From an uncultured Methanoregulaceae archaeon (GTDB lineage: Archaea; Halobacteriota; Methanomicrobia; Methanomicrobiales; Methanospirillaceae), in assembly GCA_963705255.1 (NCBI GenBank), contig OY970061.1, positions 2,400,001 through 2,464,000 of the forward strand: DNA of 64,000 bases, read 5' to 3'. The number at the start of each line of letters is the position of its first letter. Position 1 is the first letter of the stretch. The notes below the pieces were generated by a model, which saw only the letters and a list, made by a program, of their open reading frames with translations, was not told the DNA's origin and searched no databases. Both the position numbers and the translations under genes were made by a program. Of the stretch, positions 11,648 to 22,565 are shown in pieces.

Positions 11648-12570
11648 ATGGTCCCCGGCTCCGTACCTGAAGATACTGCAGGATCCCTCAAGGAAGCCTG
11701 TCCTGCACACGATCCCGCCGGCAGGATTATCCTCCATCTTGACATGGACAGTTTTTACGCGTCGGTTGAGGTACGGCACCGCCCGGAACTTGCAGGGAAA
11801 CCGGTGGTTATCGGTGCTGATCCGAAACAGGGCCGTGGGCGGGGGGTAGTCTCTACGTGCTCGTATGAGGCCCGGGCATTCGGTATACTGTCCGCAATGC
11901 CCATCTCGCAGGCATTCGTCCTGTGCCCCCGCGCCATCTATCTCCCGCCCGACTTTGCCCGGTATTCCCGGGCCTCAGCAGAAGTGATGCGAATCCTCGG
12001 GTCGTACGGGTTCCGACTCCAGCAGGTCAGTATCGACGAGGCGTTCCTTGACCTGACTCCCGTCGGGAGTTTTGAGTTAGCCCGGTCCGTTGCATCCTGG
12101 ATAAGGGCCGCGATAAAAAGCCAGCTCGGCCTTACTTGTTCAGTCGCCTTGCAAGCTCAAGGGTCGTTGCCAAGATCGCGTCAGACTTTAAAAAACCTGA
12201 CGGCCTTACGATAGTCCAACCCCACGACCTTCAGGAGTTCCTAGACCCGCTGCCGGTCAGAAAGATCCCCGGGATCGGGAAAAAGTCCGAGGCCGGACTC
12301 TCCGCGCTGGGGATCCGGACCATCGGTTACCTTGCACGATATAACATCCAGGTACTTATCGGGAGGTTCGGGCGGGGGGCACTGGTGTTGCACCAGCTCA
12401 CGCAGGGAATTGACGACACTGAGGTGGAGGAATACGGGGGAGTGAAATCCGTATCACGGGAGATGACCTTCGAAGCAGATACGGACGATGCCGGTGTCAT
12501 CGTATCGACCATCGATGACCTTGCCGGAGGGGTTCATGAAGACCTCGTACAGGAGCAGCTCCGGTTCAGG
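11648..12570 (+). CDS. dinB: DNA polymerase IV (Y family); frameshift near 12145 and C-terminally truncated
   Basis: HLDMDSFYASVE, STCSYEAR, SIDEAFLD, KIASDFKKPDG, IPGIG, KSVSRE.TF motifs; homology stops at LRFR. Confidence 0.85.
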
Positions 12571-12931
12571 TCCTCTTCCGTGCATGCGTGCGGAGCCAGT
12601 CTTCGATATCGTCCATCCCGGCCGTGAATGACCCGATACTTTTCGTCAGTTGTACCATATCTTCGCCCTCAAGGTCGGCCTCGTACCCTTCGGATGCAAG
12701 AACAATGCCGGTCGCGAGGAGGGCAGTCTGCCGGTTCTCCTCCCGGAAGACCGGGTACGTGATGAGCCAGTACAGTACGCACGCCGCACGGCGGAATACT
12801 GTATTCGTCAGGTTTGCCTGGAAGATCATCTGGTGCAGGCCCGCTTCCGATAGAAGCCGCGCATCACCGCCGTCCCGCTCTATGATACCCGCGTGGAGTG
12901 CGATTATTGACTCCGCAGTCAGCTCGTCCAT
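12566..12931 (-). CDS. Fic/Doc (death-on-curing) family protein with degenerate motif
   Basis: IIALH...I, and YPVFREENRQTA aligning to HPFxDGNKRTA. Confidence 0.65.
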   Translation of the reverse strand: MDELTAESIIALHAGIIERDGGDARLLSEAGLHQMIFQANLTNTVFRRAACVLYWLITYPVFREENRQTALLATGIVLASEGYEADLEGEDMVQLTKSIGSFTAGMDDIEDWLRTHARKRT

Positions 12932-13145
12932 CCGTGATGGTACTGGGAAGGGGATCCTGCAAAGGTTGCGATGCATCTCCCGGGCGCAGAAGAGTCGGGG
13001 TTAGGATGTTTCGGATATGGTGAAACCCGCTGGTCGGTGCTTCTTGTCAATCACCTCCAGCGGTACCCGGCAGGAACGGAAAAAAATCGTTTCACTATCT
13101 TCATATTGCCCCCCAAAGAATCCTGATCCTCAGCCGGGTGATCCA

Positions 13146-13668
13146 ATGAGCTCGATGAACCTTGACCTGTTTGACCGGATGTCTGATGCAGAAAAACACC
13201 AGTACCTGGAGTTCCTCCTCTGGCATTACCGCGTGGTAGACGCCTTCTGGTTCATCACGGTTGCCGATACCTATGGCCAGACCGGTTGCAGAGGCGATCA
13301 ACGAACAGGTCTGGGGGCGGGTAGCCGGCATGGCAGCACGGGACATCGTGCGCCGGTTCGGTATCACGGAAAAAGGCCTCGCCGGGTTTGTCCAGGCGCT
13401 GCGCCATTTCCCCTGGGCCATGATCGTGGGCTACACGATCGACGAGCAAAAGGACGAGGTCACCATCTCGGTGCCGTCGTGTCCGTCACAGGAAGCCCGG
13501 CTCCGGAGGGGCCAGGGCGAATATGTCTGCCGCGAGATGCACCGGGCCGAATTCACCGGCTTTGCTAGGGAGATCGATGATCGCATCCACGTGGAATGCA
13601 TCTTTGCCCCGCCGGACCCCCACCCGCCGGATATATTCTGTACTTGGCGGTTTTATCTCAAAGAATAG
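13146..13668 (+). CDS. DUF6125-like small ligand-binding protein (frameshift near 13280)
   Basis: [33 protein letters not shown] motifs. Confidence 0.65.
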
Positions 13669-13710
13669 AGCCTCAGGGAAATCCCATGAACGCGGGGTTT
13701 ACACAAGAAA

Positions 13711-13992
13711 ATGACAGCCACATCCCTCCCCCTCATTATCCTCATTTTTTACTTCGCCGTCAACATCGCAGTATTCCTGATCTTCGGGTACGACAAGAGA
13801 AATGCTCCGGGGAATAGATTGAGGATCAGCGAGAGCATGCTCCTTACCCTAGCGTTTTTCGGGCCGTTCGGCGCCATTGCCGCGATGAAGGTGTTCCGCC
13901 ATAAAACCCGGAAGATAAAATTTTACCTTGTCCCGCTGTTCGCTGCCATCCATCTGGCGATCATCCTGTACGGAATTTCAGCAATCGCCTGA
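13711..13992 (+). CDS. DUF1294 family membrane protein
   Basis: GYDKR.A, RISE..LL..A..G..GA, FRHKTRK motifs. Confidence 0.85.
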   Translation: MTATSLPLIILIFYFAVNIAVFLIFGYDKRNAPGNRLRISESMLLTLAFFGPFGAIAAMKVFRHKTRKIKFYLVPLFAAIHLAIILYGISAIA

Positions 13993-14056
13993 TCCTATAA
14001 ACAACGCCTTTTCCGGACCGTACCTCTTTAATATCGCCTCTGCCATAATTTCTTGA

Positions 14057-14542
14057 ATGCGGACCAACAGGCACCAGTATTTTCTCGACCTTGCCACGCG
14101 GTGTGCCCACCAGGGCACCTGCCTGCGGCGCAACTTCGGCGCCATCATCGTAGATGAGTTCAACACCATCGTATCCACCGGCTATACCGGAGCCCCGAGA
14201 AAACAGATGGACTGCACGGAACTGAACCGTTGCTGGAGAAAGGATCACAACATCCCCTCGGGATCCAACTACGAGCGGTGCAGGAGCGTCCACGCGGAGA
14301 TGAACGCGCTCCTGCAGGCAGGAAAACTCGCCCGGGGCTGCACGCTGTACCTTGCGGGGTTCGATGTCGAGACCGATGAGACCACGCAGATCTGGCCCTG
14401 TTTTCTCTGTTCGAAGATGATCGTCAACAGCGGCGTGGCAAATGTCATCATGCGGACGGGTAAGGACACACACAGGGAGATGGACCCCATGGTGCTGTAC
14501 CAGATGAGGAGCCGGGAAGCACTCGGCGAAGACGCAAAATAA
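14057..14542 (+). CDS. dCMP deaminase family protein
   Basis: TCLRR.FGA, STGY.GAP, HAE.NA and PCxxC zinc motifs. Confidence 0.88.
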   Translation: MRTNRHQYFLDLATRCAHQGTCLRRNFGAIIVDEFNTIVSTGYTGAPRKQMDCTELNRCWRKDHNIPSGSNYERCRSVHAEMNALLQAGKLARGCTLYLAGFDVETDETTQIWPCFLCSKMIVNSGVANVIMRTGKDTHREMDPMVLYQMRSREALGEDAK

Positions 14543-14609
14543 GAGGGGGCCGGGCTCCTGACCGATGGATATTATTCCCTATTTTCCTTTCTGGTTCTAC
14601 CAGGAACTC

Positions 14610-15110
14610 TCAAATCAGATGGATCTCGTTGTAGATCGAAACAAGCGAGAGGCTGATCAGGTTCATCGTAGTTGCAGCATACCACAGGTACAGTTCACCT
14701 GAATGCAGGTTGGCGATCCAGCCCGACCAGAGCATTGCGCAGATGATGGAGAAGGTCAGCAGGGTATCAATTGCAAGAAAGACCATCGGCCTGCCAATAA
14801 CGCGGCCTGCCTGAGCAATCGTGCAGTACTCGAAGGGTGCAGGGAGATGGAGGAGATCGAGGAGTGATCGGGCGATATTCATAAAGAGATCGGCCATCGC
14901 CCAGACGATGATGATATCCCCCAAAACCATGAGGTACGGCCCGCCCTGCACACCTCCCCTTACCGCGCTCAGGCCGAACAGGAGCTTGAACGCGCAGAAG
15001 GGAATCCCTATCGTGAAACTGAGGAAGAACGGCCGCCGGAAAAACCGCTGGATTGCGTCAGCCTCCTTCTCACCTGGCGGTTTCTGGATTTCGGAGACAT
15101 CGTTCGACAT
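14610..15110 (-). CDS. Hypothetical membrane protein
   Basis: About four hydrophobic segments; fills the intergenic gap. Confidence 0.7.
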   Translation of the reverse strand: MSNDVSEIQKPPGEKEADAIQRFFRRPFFLSFTIGIPFCAFKLLFGLSAVRGGVQGGPYLMVLGDIIIVWAMADLFMNIARSLLDLLHLPAPFEYCTIAQAGRVIGRPMVFLAIDTLLTFSIICAMLWSGWIANLHSGELYLWYAATTMNLISLSLVSIYNEIHLI

Positions 15111-15268
15111 AACTGGCAACCCGGGAGTCTGATAAAGGATCAATGAGCTGTTCGCTCTTAAGGGATACGATGCTGTCGCCATCAAGAACGACTTCTCACA
15201 CTCGTTTCATAATTTTTTTGGACCAGATTATCCGGCTGGCATTCCGCGCTTCTTCCCCGCTCCGGACA

Positions 15269-15987
15269 TTAAGATCGTTTTATCGCCGTGAGCAGACCCG
15301 CACCTATGGCAAGAGCAACAAGCCCGCTCTCAAGGGGAGCTGACCGGGTCGTTGTCCGGGTTGAAGGGGGGATTGTTGTCGGCTGAACGGTTATCGCCAG
15401 GGTTGACGATGTCGGAGATGGCAGAACAAGGGTTGTTTGGGTCGTAGTCGGTGTGATGATGACTGGCGTAGGGGGCGTTGTGCGTGAAAAAACCGTTTCC
15501 TGCAGGTAAACGCCGACTCCTGCAGCAGACTCGTGGTTTTCTGCTCTCACGGAGAACGATCTCGTGGCAGTTGCGGAAGATGTAAGGAAGGTGACTATGG
15601 CCTGCCCGCTGGAATCCGTAGTGACAAGCCCGTAATAATTCGTGTTCGACATCGACGCTGACGAGGGGGCGACGTCATCAAGGATAGTCCGGCCTCCTCC
15701 ATTGGAGTACTCATAGGAACCGATGGTATAAGGCCCGCCGGGCGGGTCCTGCCGGACATTTGCCTGGTTGGCCATGACGACCGGTGGCTGGTCGCCCGGT
15801 TCCCCGCTCATCGAGAAGGTGCCTGTCAGCCAGAAATAATATTGGGTGTTGGGCAGGCCGGTAACTTTGACCGAGAAGCTCCCCCGCGTGTCAGCGTACT
15901 TCCGGAATTGTCTGCCGATACCGGAATACCCGCGATAAGAATGCATGCGATGATGACCGAAACCGTCACCGTGCCGAAGTGTTTCAT
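15269..15987 (-). CDS. Secreted surface protein with Thr-rich linker and C-terminal anchor (frameshift near 15885)
   Basis: Signal peptide MKHFGTV...VSA in one frame joins TRGGSFSVKVTG... in the next; ends SAPL + TM + KRS. Confidence 0.75.
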
Positions 15988-16139
15988 ACTCCAACTCCAT
16001 GGAACCGAAAATATTGTCCTGAAGTGTCCTTGGAACGTACATGAATAAAAGGATGCACCATGGGGGCACTGCAATGAGTAAAAGGCACCCTCCACGTAAC
16101 CCTTCGTTGCTTTTATCTCCCGGGAACCGATTACTGATT

Positions 16140-16421
16140 ATGTCACCCAGAAACCCGAAACCCCCGGAAAAAACCAGGAAGGGCGTCGTTCCCAAGACCG
16201 GGCCGAGCAAGGACCGGGAGCGTCAGCTGGAGGATACCCGGCACCACCCGCTTGATCATCCCCTGCCGCATCCTGCCCACAAGACGCTGAAAAAACCTTC
16301 GCTCCCTCCAAAACACACCCCTCATTCCCATCCCCATGGAGATGAGCTCCCTGCCCACACGAACCCCCCTGGGCCGATCAAGCCCTCAAAGAAAGTGACC
16401 CGGACCGGTTCAAAGACATAG
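16140..16421 (+). CDS. Small Pro/His/Lys-rich, probably disordered protein
   Basis: 93-aa ATG ORF of biased composition. Confidence 0.45.
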   Translation: MSPRNPKPPEKTRKGVVPKTGPSKDRERQLEDTRHHPLDHPLPHPAHKTLKKPSLPPKHTPHSHPHGDELPAHTNPPGPIKPSKKVTRTGSKT

Positions 16422-16668
16422 CCGTGTCCTCCCTGCGGCGCTCGTATTGCGGACCTGAAGCGGACAGGGGCAAATATACCCTTTTCGGAGGAAGTGAACC
16501 CGACAAAACGGATTTTCTTTGAGGAAAGGGACTGCTACCACCTTATTCCTGCCTAATTTTTTTGCAACTCTGACCATCATCACCCCGCCAGATTGGCATT
16601 CAGGTTCCCGCTCTTAAAAAATGGCGAATTCAGGAAGATATTTACCCTTATGGGATAGTCTATCCATT

Positions 16669-17178
16669 ATGCAGGAAGTCCGGTTAACCATCAAAAAGCG
16701 GGCATTCCCTAGCCAGGGGCGGGTACGTTTCAATGTTGCACACCTGCCCGATCTGGGAATACTTGAAGGGGAACACGTAGATCTCATCAATGAATCCACC
16801 AAAAAAACGGTCACAACCTCGGTTATTGCTGATACCATGGTTCGGGAAGGGCAGATCCGGGTGAGTGAGGAGGATCTCAAGGCGCTCGGTCTCCAGGATG
16901 AAGAGGAAGTCCTTGTCAGAAAAACTCCGCCACTGGAAGAAAAGATCAAAAAGGCAGCGGCAGATGCCAACAAATCGTTCTCAAAGGGTCTTGACAAACT
17001 TGATGAGAAGGTAAAAAAGACCACCGGCGATGTAAAGGCCAGCACAGCAAAAGCTACGGACACCGTTAAAAAAGAGACAAAGAAGGCATCCGGTAAAATC
17101 GGAAAAACTGCTGTAAAAACTGCCAATACCGTGAAAAAAACGGTGAAGAAGATAACAGGATCCGGGGAAGATCTGTAA
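16669..17178 (+). CDS. CDC48-N-like double-psi barrel domain + Lys/Ala/Thr-rich tail
   Basis: Two half repeats GRVRF...LPDLGILEGEHV / GQIRV...LKALGLQDEEEV; low-complexity tail. Confidence 0.65.
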   Translation: MQEVRLTIKKRAFPSQGRVRFNVAHLPDLGILEGEHVDLINESTKKTVTTSVIADTMVREGQIRVSEEDLKALGLQDEEEVLVRKTPPLEEKIKKAAADANKSFSKGLDKLDEKVKKTTGDVKASTAKATDTVKKETKKASGKIGKTAVKTANTVKKTVKKITGSGEDL

Positions 17179-17235
17179 TATGGTCTGCTCATATGCAGGT
17201 CGTGTGGAAGAAACCCGTGATGTGGTGAAGTAACT

Positions 17236-17637
17236 ATGGCAGCAGAAGCAGTTGTGGCACAGGGAGCAGGAATCACCGATACCGTTCTCATGGGAATCCT
17301 TGTTGTTCTCGCGATGGTTATCGTATATTTCATCATCCGTGAGATACGGATTATGAAGACGGCTAACCGCACGATTGAACTGGAACTGGAAAAGGACAAG
17401 CTTAAGCTCCTCCAGCAGCATGAAGCATCAAAGGCATTTCCGTTCACCCGGTTCTCTCAGGAACAGACCGGGGAGATCAGAAATGTTGAAGATGAGAACA
17501 CGATCCTTGAAACGAATATCTTCGCAAAGGAAAGACTTATTGAAACGCGGTTGACCCGGCTCGAAAACCTGGTAAAAACAAGGAAACTGGATGATCTTCT
17601 GGGAAATATCCAGGAACAGGAAAAGAAGGTGAAGTAA
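17236..17637 (+). CDS. Single-pass membrane coiled-coil protein
   Basis: N-terminal TM then heptad-rich region; first gene of a five-gene cluster. Confidence 0.75.
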   Translation: MAAEAVVAQGAGITDTVLMGILVVLAMVIVYFIIREIRIMKTANRTIELELEKDKLKLLQQHEASKAFPFTRFSQEQTGEIRNVEDENTILETNIFAKERLIETRLTRLENLVKTRKLDDLLGNIQEQEKKVK

Positions 17638-17640
17638 ACC

Positions 17641-17958
17641 ATGTACCCGGTTATCAACCAGAATCCGGACCAGAATGTGACCGGAGATTCGTTTTGGGAT
17701 CAGTTCTCGCATATCTCCGAAACGATTGAATCCCGTATCCCTACGTTCGATAAATCGCTCGACGCTTATTTCGATCACAACTTTGCTGCCATCATCGAGG
17801 AATGGGATCTTGTGACCGACAGCGATCTGCACCGGCTTGAAAGCCGGCTTGCACGCGTGAGCGACGATATCAGTGGTCTCTACGCAGGAAAAATGAGCAT
17901 CGAAGCGCGGGCAAAAAAATTGGATGGCCTGATCTCATCGCTGGAGAGATCGTTATGA
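17641..17958 (+). CDS. Small coiled-coil protein (paralog 1)
   Basis: Motif DAYFDHNFAAIIEEWDLV. Confidence 0.75.
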   Translation: MYPVINQNPDQNVTGDSFWDQFSHISETIESRIPTFDKSLDAYFDHNFAAIIEEWDLVTDSDLHRLESRLARVSDDISGLYAGKMSIEARAKKLDGLISSLERSL

Positions 17959-18176
17959 TCGGCATGAACACGTACCTCAACACCTACGTTGACCGCCGGA
18001 TGAAATATATCGTTGACGAATGGGACCTCTCCACGGGGACAGATCTCGCTGATTTTGTGGGCCGGCTGGATGCACTGGATCAGGAGACCACACGGCTGAA
18101 AGCTTTTGAACAGGCAGCATCGGACAAACTGACCGAGCTTGAAGATCGTGCGAGGAAGCTGAAAGGGAGGGCCTGA
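17955..18176 (+). CDS. Small coiled-coil protein (paralog 2)
   Basis: Motif NTYVDRRMKYIVDEWDLS; ATGA overlap. Confidence 0.75.
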   Translation: MIGMNTYLNTYVDRRMKYIVDEWDLSTGTDLADFVGRLDALDQETTRLKAFEQAASDKLTELEDRARKLKGRA

Positions 18177-18177
18177 A

Positions 18178-18534
18178 ATGGACGTACTGGAGTTCATCAT
18201 CATCGTCATCATCCTGTGTGCTCTCATTTTCCTGATCTATTACTTCATTCGGGGTGCGAAAGGCGCGATATCGCTCACCCGTCCGGTAGAGAGCCGGGTG
18301 GACGAATACCTTGACCGCAGGTTCCAGAGCATGGTGGACGAGTGGCAACTGGTTTCCCGCCCAAAGCTCCAGAAGTTCAAGGAACAACGCTACAAGGAGA
18401 TCGAACAGGATGAAACACGCCTTGCTGAATTGAAGAACTACGAGTCCGGGATGCAGACCACGCTGGTATCGCTGGAGGCACGACTTGACGCTCTGGAAAA
18501 AGAACTGGCCCAGAAAGGAAGCGCCAAAAAATAA
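18178..18534 (+). CDS. Membrane-anchored coiled-coil protein (paralog 3)
   Basis: N-terminal TM; motif DEYLDRRFQSMVDEWQLV. Confidence 0.75.
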   Translation: MDVLEFIIIVIILCALIFLIYYFIRGAKGAISLTRPVESRVDEYLDRRFQSMVDEWQLVSRPKLQKFKEQRYKEIEQDETRLAELKNYESGMQTTLVSLEARLDALEKELAQKGSAKK

Positions 18535-18580
18535 GGATACTCCGGATCGCCTGCGTGAGCTGAAAAAAGAGATCACCGTG

Positions 18581-18787
18581 ATGCGCAAGCAGGGCGAGCC
18601 TCCTGTAAAGGATCCCCACAGCTTCGCGCAGTACACGTGCGATCTCTGCAGCACACCTCACCCGGTATCAGAACTCCGCCAGTGCGTCCTCTGCGGGCGA
18701 TGGGCATGCGATGCCTGCTGGAAAGATGAGTATTACACCTGCAAGTCCTGTTCCGGTCTCATAAAAATTCACATGATGAAGGGGTAA
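18581..18787 (+). CDS. Small zinc-finger protein (start may lie further upstream)
   Basis: Four CxxC pairs. Confidence 0.7.
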   Translation: MRKQGEPPVKDPHSFAQYTCDLCSTPHPVSELRQCVLCGRWACDACWKDEYYTCKSCSGLIKIHMMKG

Positions 18788-19972
18788 ACGGAGAATTCAA
18801 ATAGGTCTCCGCTCTTTTTCAGACTGTTTTGGCATGAAACACTCGAGGGTAGACCCTCACAAATAGTGTTTACATTCAGGTTCGGAGCTGACAGTCGGGT
18901 CCGGGCTTCGGTTTTTAAATCTACCTGCAGGTTATACCAATTTTTAAATGTCTTTTTCTGTTCACCGCTGCCGGTTGAAATGAATGACGAAGGCATTGGG
19001 ATCGGATGATCTCTATGCATCTCACGCATCGCCTTGAAAAACGGAACCGGTATAGTGGAGATAATTCTGCCCGTATCAGACTGATTTCTGGATTTGATTA
19101 TATTTTATTGAATATTCTACCAATCCGGCAAATTGATAATATTTTTATACCCCCTTTCTTCCACTGGAGCGGACTATTAAAAAGCCCCAATAATGTAAAG
19201 AAGTCTTTACAACGATTTTAGTACCAGTTGGTTTTGCCGGGTTCCTGCATGCCAGCACGGACAGGAAATTGTGGCATATCGCATCCATAAAAAAAATTTT
19301 ATTACCCCCCTTGGAAAAGGAAGCGATGTACTGTCCACCTGATGTCTCCAGATTTGACAGCGCATGCAACGCGAGAGGCAGAATGACCGGAATTTCCCGA
19401 ATCCGCTTCCATGAACAGGCAAACAGACAATAGTGTCAAGCCGGCCGCATAACAATTCCGGAGATGGGAAATGAGCGGTACCATTTACCCCGGCGGAGCG
19501 AGACCGGATTTTGCAGGAGGCGGGGAAATCCTGAAACGGGCGTGAACCCATAGCTCTGAGGGGATGGTGCAGGACGCTCAAAAGCCATGAACTTCTTCTG
19601 AAATACCGGCATGATGCCCGTTACACATTCTCTAGGATCGTCGTCTGGTATGTCGATCGCGGGGCGCCGGATGACCGCTCGTGCGTGGGAGGTGACGATA
19701 TCCTTGTGCTGGATGCGTATTATTTTGAGATCGCGTCTGCACATGGCACCAAATATATTCCTTACCACCGCATCAGGAAAATTGCCTATGACGGCACTAC
19801 CGCGTGGGAACGGTGAAAGAATTTCCTGGCGAGTGGTTTTTCCTGTCAGATTGTTGATGTATGACTTTTCTTCCTGCCAAAGCAGCGCCACCTCCGCATC
19901 GCCTTGTCTCCTGCCGCTGTCCCGACCCAAACCTTAACAAAAGACACGACCGAATGTTCTGTTACGGTGACA

Positions 19973-20791
19973 ATGCGCTACCCTTTCCTGATCTCGGTTC
20001 CTCATGGAGGCGTTGAAGTCCCCCCGGAGGTTTCCGGCAGGCTCGCACTCGGGCCCGGAGAGTTGTCCTGGTACTGCGATCCAGGTACACGGACCCTGTT
20101 CGATTTCGGCACGACCGTTGAAGCGTTCATCGACACTCCGGTCTCCCGCATGGTTGTCGACCTCAACCGCCCGCCGCTTCCCCTCCCCCCCCATGATCCG
20201 GATGGAATCATCAAGGTGCGTACTATCGATGGCAAGAGTGTCTATCTCCCGGGGCAGTTCCCGGATACCGCCCTGGTCCACCGTCTCCTGATGAAATGGT
20301 ACTTCCCCTTCCACCAGCAGGTTGACGACCTCATAGATCGTCGCGGGGTTGCCATCGCATTCGATTGTCACTCGATGCTGCCTGTCGGGTCACGCGAGCA
20401 GAAGGATGCCGGCCGGCTGCGCCCGCTGATATGCCTCGGGAACAACGGGGACTCCCGCGGCCGCCCGCGAAAGAACAGCATTGCAACCTGCCCGGAGTCC
20501 TGGGTGACCTCTCTTGCAGACGCGTTCCGGGAAGAGTTTTCCCTTGACCGTGAAGTGGCGATCAATAACCCTTTCTCCGGGGGATTCATCTCAAACGCCC
20601 ATTACTGGCGCAAGGGCGTTCCCTGGGTTCAGGTCGAGATCAACCGCTCGCTCTATGAACCCGGAGAGAAAACCGGCAGCAGTATGGAGAGCCACAGGAA
20701 TATCCTCCGGTTACGGGAGACGATCTGGAAGGCGCTTACCCGGTTCTGGGAAAACGCCAGACGTGAAGCGGTCCCTCACCAAGCCACCTGA
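19973..20791 (+). CDS. N-formylglutamate amidohydrolase family
   Basis: SVPHGG, SR.VVDLNR, YFPFH, DCHSM, N.PFSGGFI, QVEINR.LY motifs. Confidence 0.88.
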   Translation: MRYPFLISVPHGGVEVPPEVSGRLALGPGELSWYCDPGTRTLFDFGTTVEAFIDTPVSRMVVDLNRPPLPLPPHDPDGIIKVRTIDGKSVYLPGQFPDTALVHRLLMKWYFPFHQQVDDLIDRRGVAIAFDCHSMLPVGSREQKDAGRLRPLICLGNNGDSRGRPRKNSIATCPESWVTSLADAFREEFSLDREVAINNPFSGGFISNAHYWRKGVPWVQVEINRSLYEPGEKTGSSMESHRNILRLRETIWKALTRFWENARREAVPHQAT

Positions 20792-21028
20792 GCACGCGTC
20801 ACGGTCTCTTCAGCTTTTCGGGAGTACGGCTTTTACTTCCCCGGGCCGATCCCTGCGCCGGACGGCAACGATCGTTCCGTTCCGGGCCGGGTCTCTCCCC
20901 ATCCTGAAGATGCTCATCGAGGCCTATTGCGGCAGGGTACGGGCGGACGACCGCGTACCCGGCGATCCCGGCCAGGGTACAGCGAACGGTTTACCCTATA
21001 AAGAGCCGGTCCAGTACCCGGGGCCTGA

Positions 21029-21727
21029 TCAGGCTTTTCTTCGGACCCGGTGTTCTTCGAGGCGCCCATCATAAAATACCTGTATACGGATCTCTTCGCC
21101 ACGTGCAAAACCCCGCATCCGGTCATCGTAGACCTTCTGCACGTGCCTGAGCCGGTGCAAGGTGAAATAGTCCTGCATGAACCCAAGGAATGAGATCTGC
21201 TGGTCGAGGAACGCATCTTCGTACTCCTTGGTCTCACGGGCGAGATCGAGGCACATGCCGTCCGGTATCGCTTCATCGTATTCGCCGTGCTGGTCGGGAC
21301 CGGAGATCTGGCGCCAGTCCACGTTTCCCCGTTCATCGGGTTCGCGATGGAGCATATACGGATAGATCCGGCAGATGGCAAACCGCCGGTCGTAGATCCG
21401 GCACCTGCCCTCATCGAGGAAATAACAGGATCCGGATTCATCGTCTTTTGCCCGGAGCGCGTATCCCGAGACGTAAAAAGTGCCGTTCTGGTCGCAGAAC
21501 TCCGGTTCAGGGGCCGGTTCACATGCATCGGGATCTATCGTCTTCAGGGCGGTCACATCACGGTCAAGCAAAAAGACATGCCCGTTGAATACACGGGTGC
21601 AGCACTTCGCGCATCCCGTACACCGGAACCCGATCTCTTTTATTACGCCGGCAAGATCTTCCAGCGGATAAGCCAGGAGGCTGTTGCGTTCCTGCGTCAG
21701 GGCGGCAATACGGAAAGGAATGGGCAC
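21029..21727 (-). CDS. YkgJ-family cysteine-cluster protein (start approximate)
   Basis: FRCTGCAKCC, CYFL, CRIY..R..ICRIYPY motifs. Confidence 0.82.
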   Translation of the reverse strand: MPIPFRIAALTQERNSLLAYPLEDLAGVIKEIGFRCTGCAKCCTRVFNGHVFLLDRDVTALKTIDPDACEPAPEPEFCDQNGTFYVSGYALRAKDDESGSCYFLDEGRCRIYDRRFAICRIYPYMLHREPDERGNVDWRQISGPDQHGEYDEAIPDGMCLDLARETKEYEDAFLDQQISFLGFMQDYFTLHRLRHVQKVYDDRMRGFARGEEIRIQVFYDGRLEEHRVRRKA

Positions 21728-21938
21728 GAGGGAAACAGTTACCACCGCGGTCTGATCTACTGGAATGTATGACGGTACTCGGTATTGTTTTTTTGTAACA
21801 CGCGGTTTCCGGCAGTTCAGGCTGAAATACTGGGTATTGCTATCGTCAGAGCCGGGCTTGCTTACATGCACCTGCACTGTAGGTTGCCCGGAAAGACGAG
21901 GAATCAGAAGCCTGATACCTGCCGTAAAAAAAGAAAAA

Positions 21939-22439
21939 TCAGTTGTACGACCGGAACGGGACGTATGCATCGTAAATTTTCAACTTATCACCCTGAGGCG
22001 TGTATGCCCAGACTTCGACACGGTCCTTGTTCTGGGTCGTGCCCTTAAGCGTCAACGCCTTACCGATCGAGAAGGGCTGGACCATCTTTCCCTCTTCGAC
22101 AACCCCGTCTGAACGGGTAATCATGACGTCAATCTCCGGTATGACGTTCATTCCCTTGCCCCCGCTGATCGTTGTGGTGATCTCCGGGTCGATCGCCTCG
22201 CCATTGTTTGCCACCTGGATCTGGATCCCCCAGATATCAGAGAGCGTCTGGGTAGGCCCGGGTGTGATCGAGGAAGTCGTGGGTACCGCTGTTGGCGTTG
22301 GTACTGGCGTTGCCTCGGTGGTCTGGACCGTTGTCGGTGCAGGTGTAGCAGGGGGAGTCGCCGGCTGCGAGCACCCGGCAGCAACCGCAAGCACAAAACA
22401 GAGCATAAGTGAGAAGACGATAGTCAGAATCCTGTTCAT
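21939..22439 (-). CDS. Lipoprotein with Thr/Pro-rich linker
   Basis: Lipobox AAGC after a hydrophobic leader. Confidence 0.8.
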   Translation of the reverse strand: MNRILTIVFSLMLCFVLAVAAGCSQPATPPATPAPTTVQTTEATPVPTPTAVPTTSSITPGPTQTLSDIWGIQIQVANNGEAIDPEITTTISGGKGMNVIPEIDVMITRSDGVVEEGKMVQPFSIGKALTLKGTTQNKDRVEVWAYTPQGDKLKIYDAYVPFRSYN

Positions 22440-22565
22440 ACCGGAAGGTTTCCCGGGAGGGTATTTGAGTGTTGTGCCTTCCGGCAGGAAAGGGTTTACC
22501 GGAACGGGACAAAAGAACAGTACCTGTCGCGGAGCAGCAAAAAATGATTTTTGAATGAACGGGAA

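Noticed and set aside
18790-19930. ORFs in the 18.8-19.9 kb gap
   Set aside because: No recognisable motifs or clear starts; possibly a decayed gene, but not supportable
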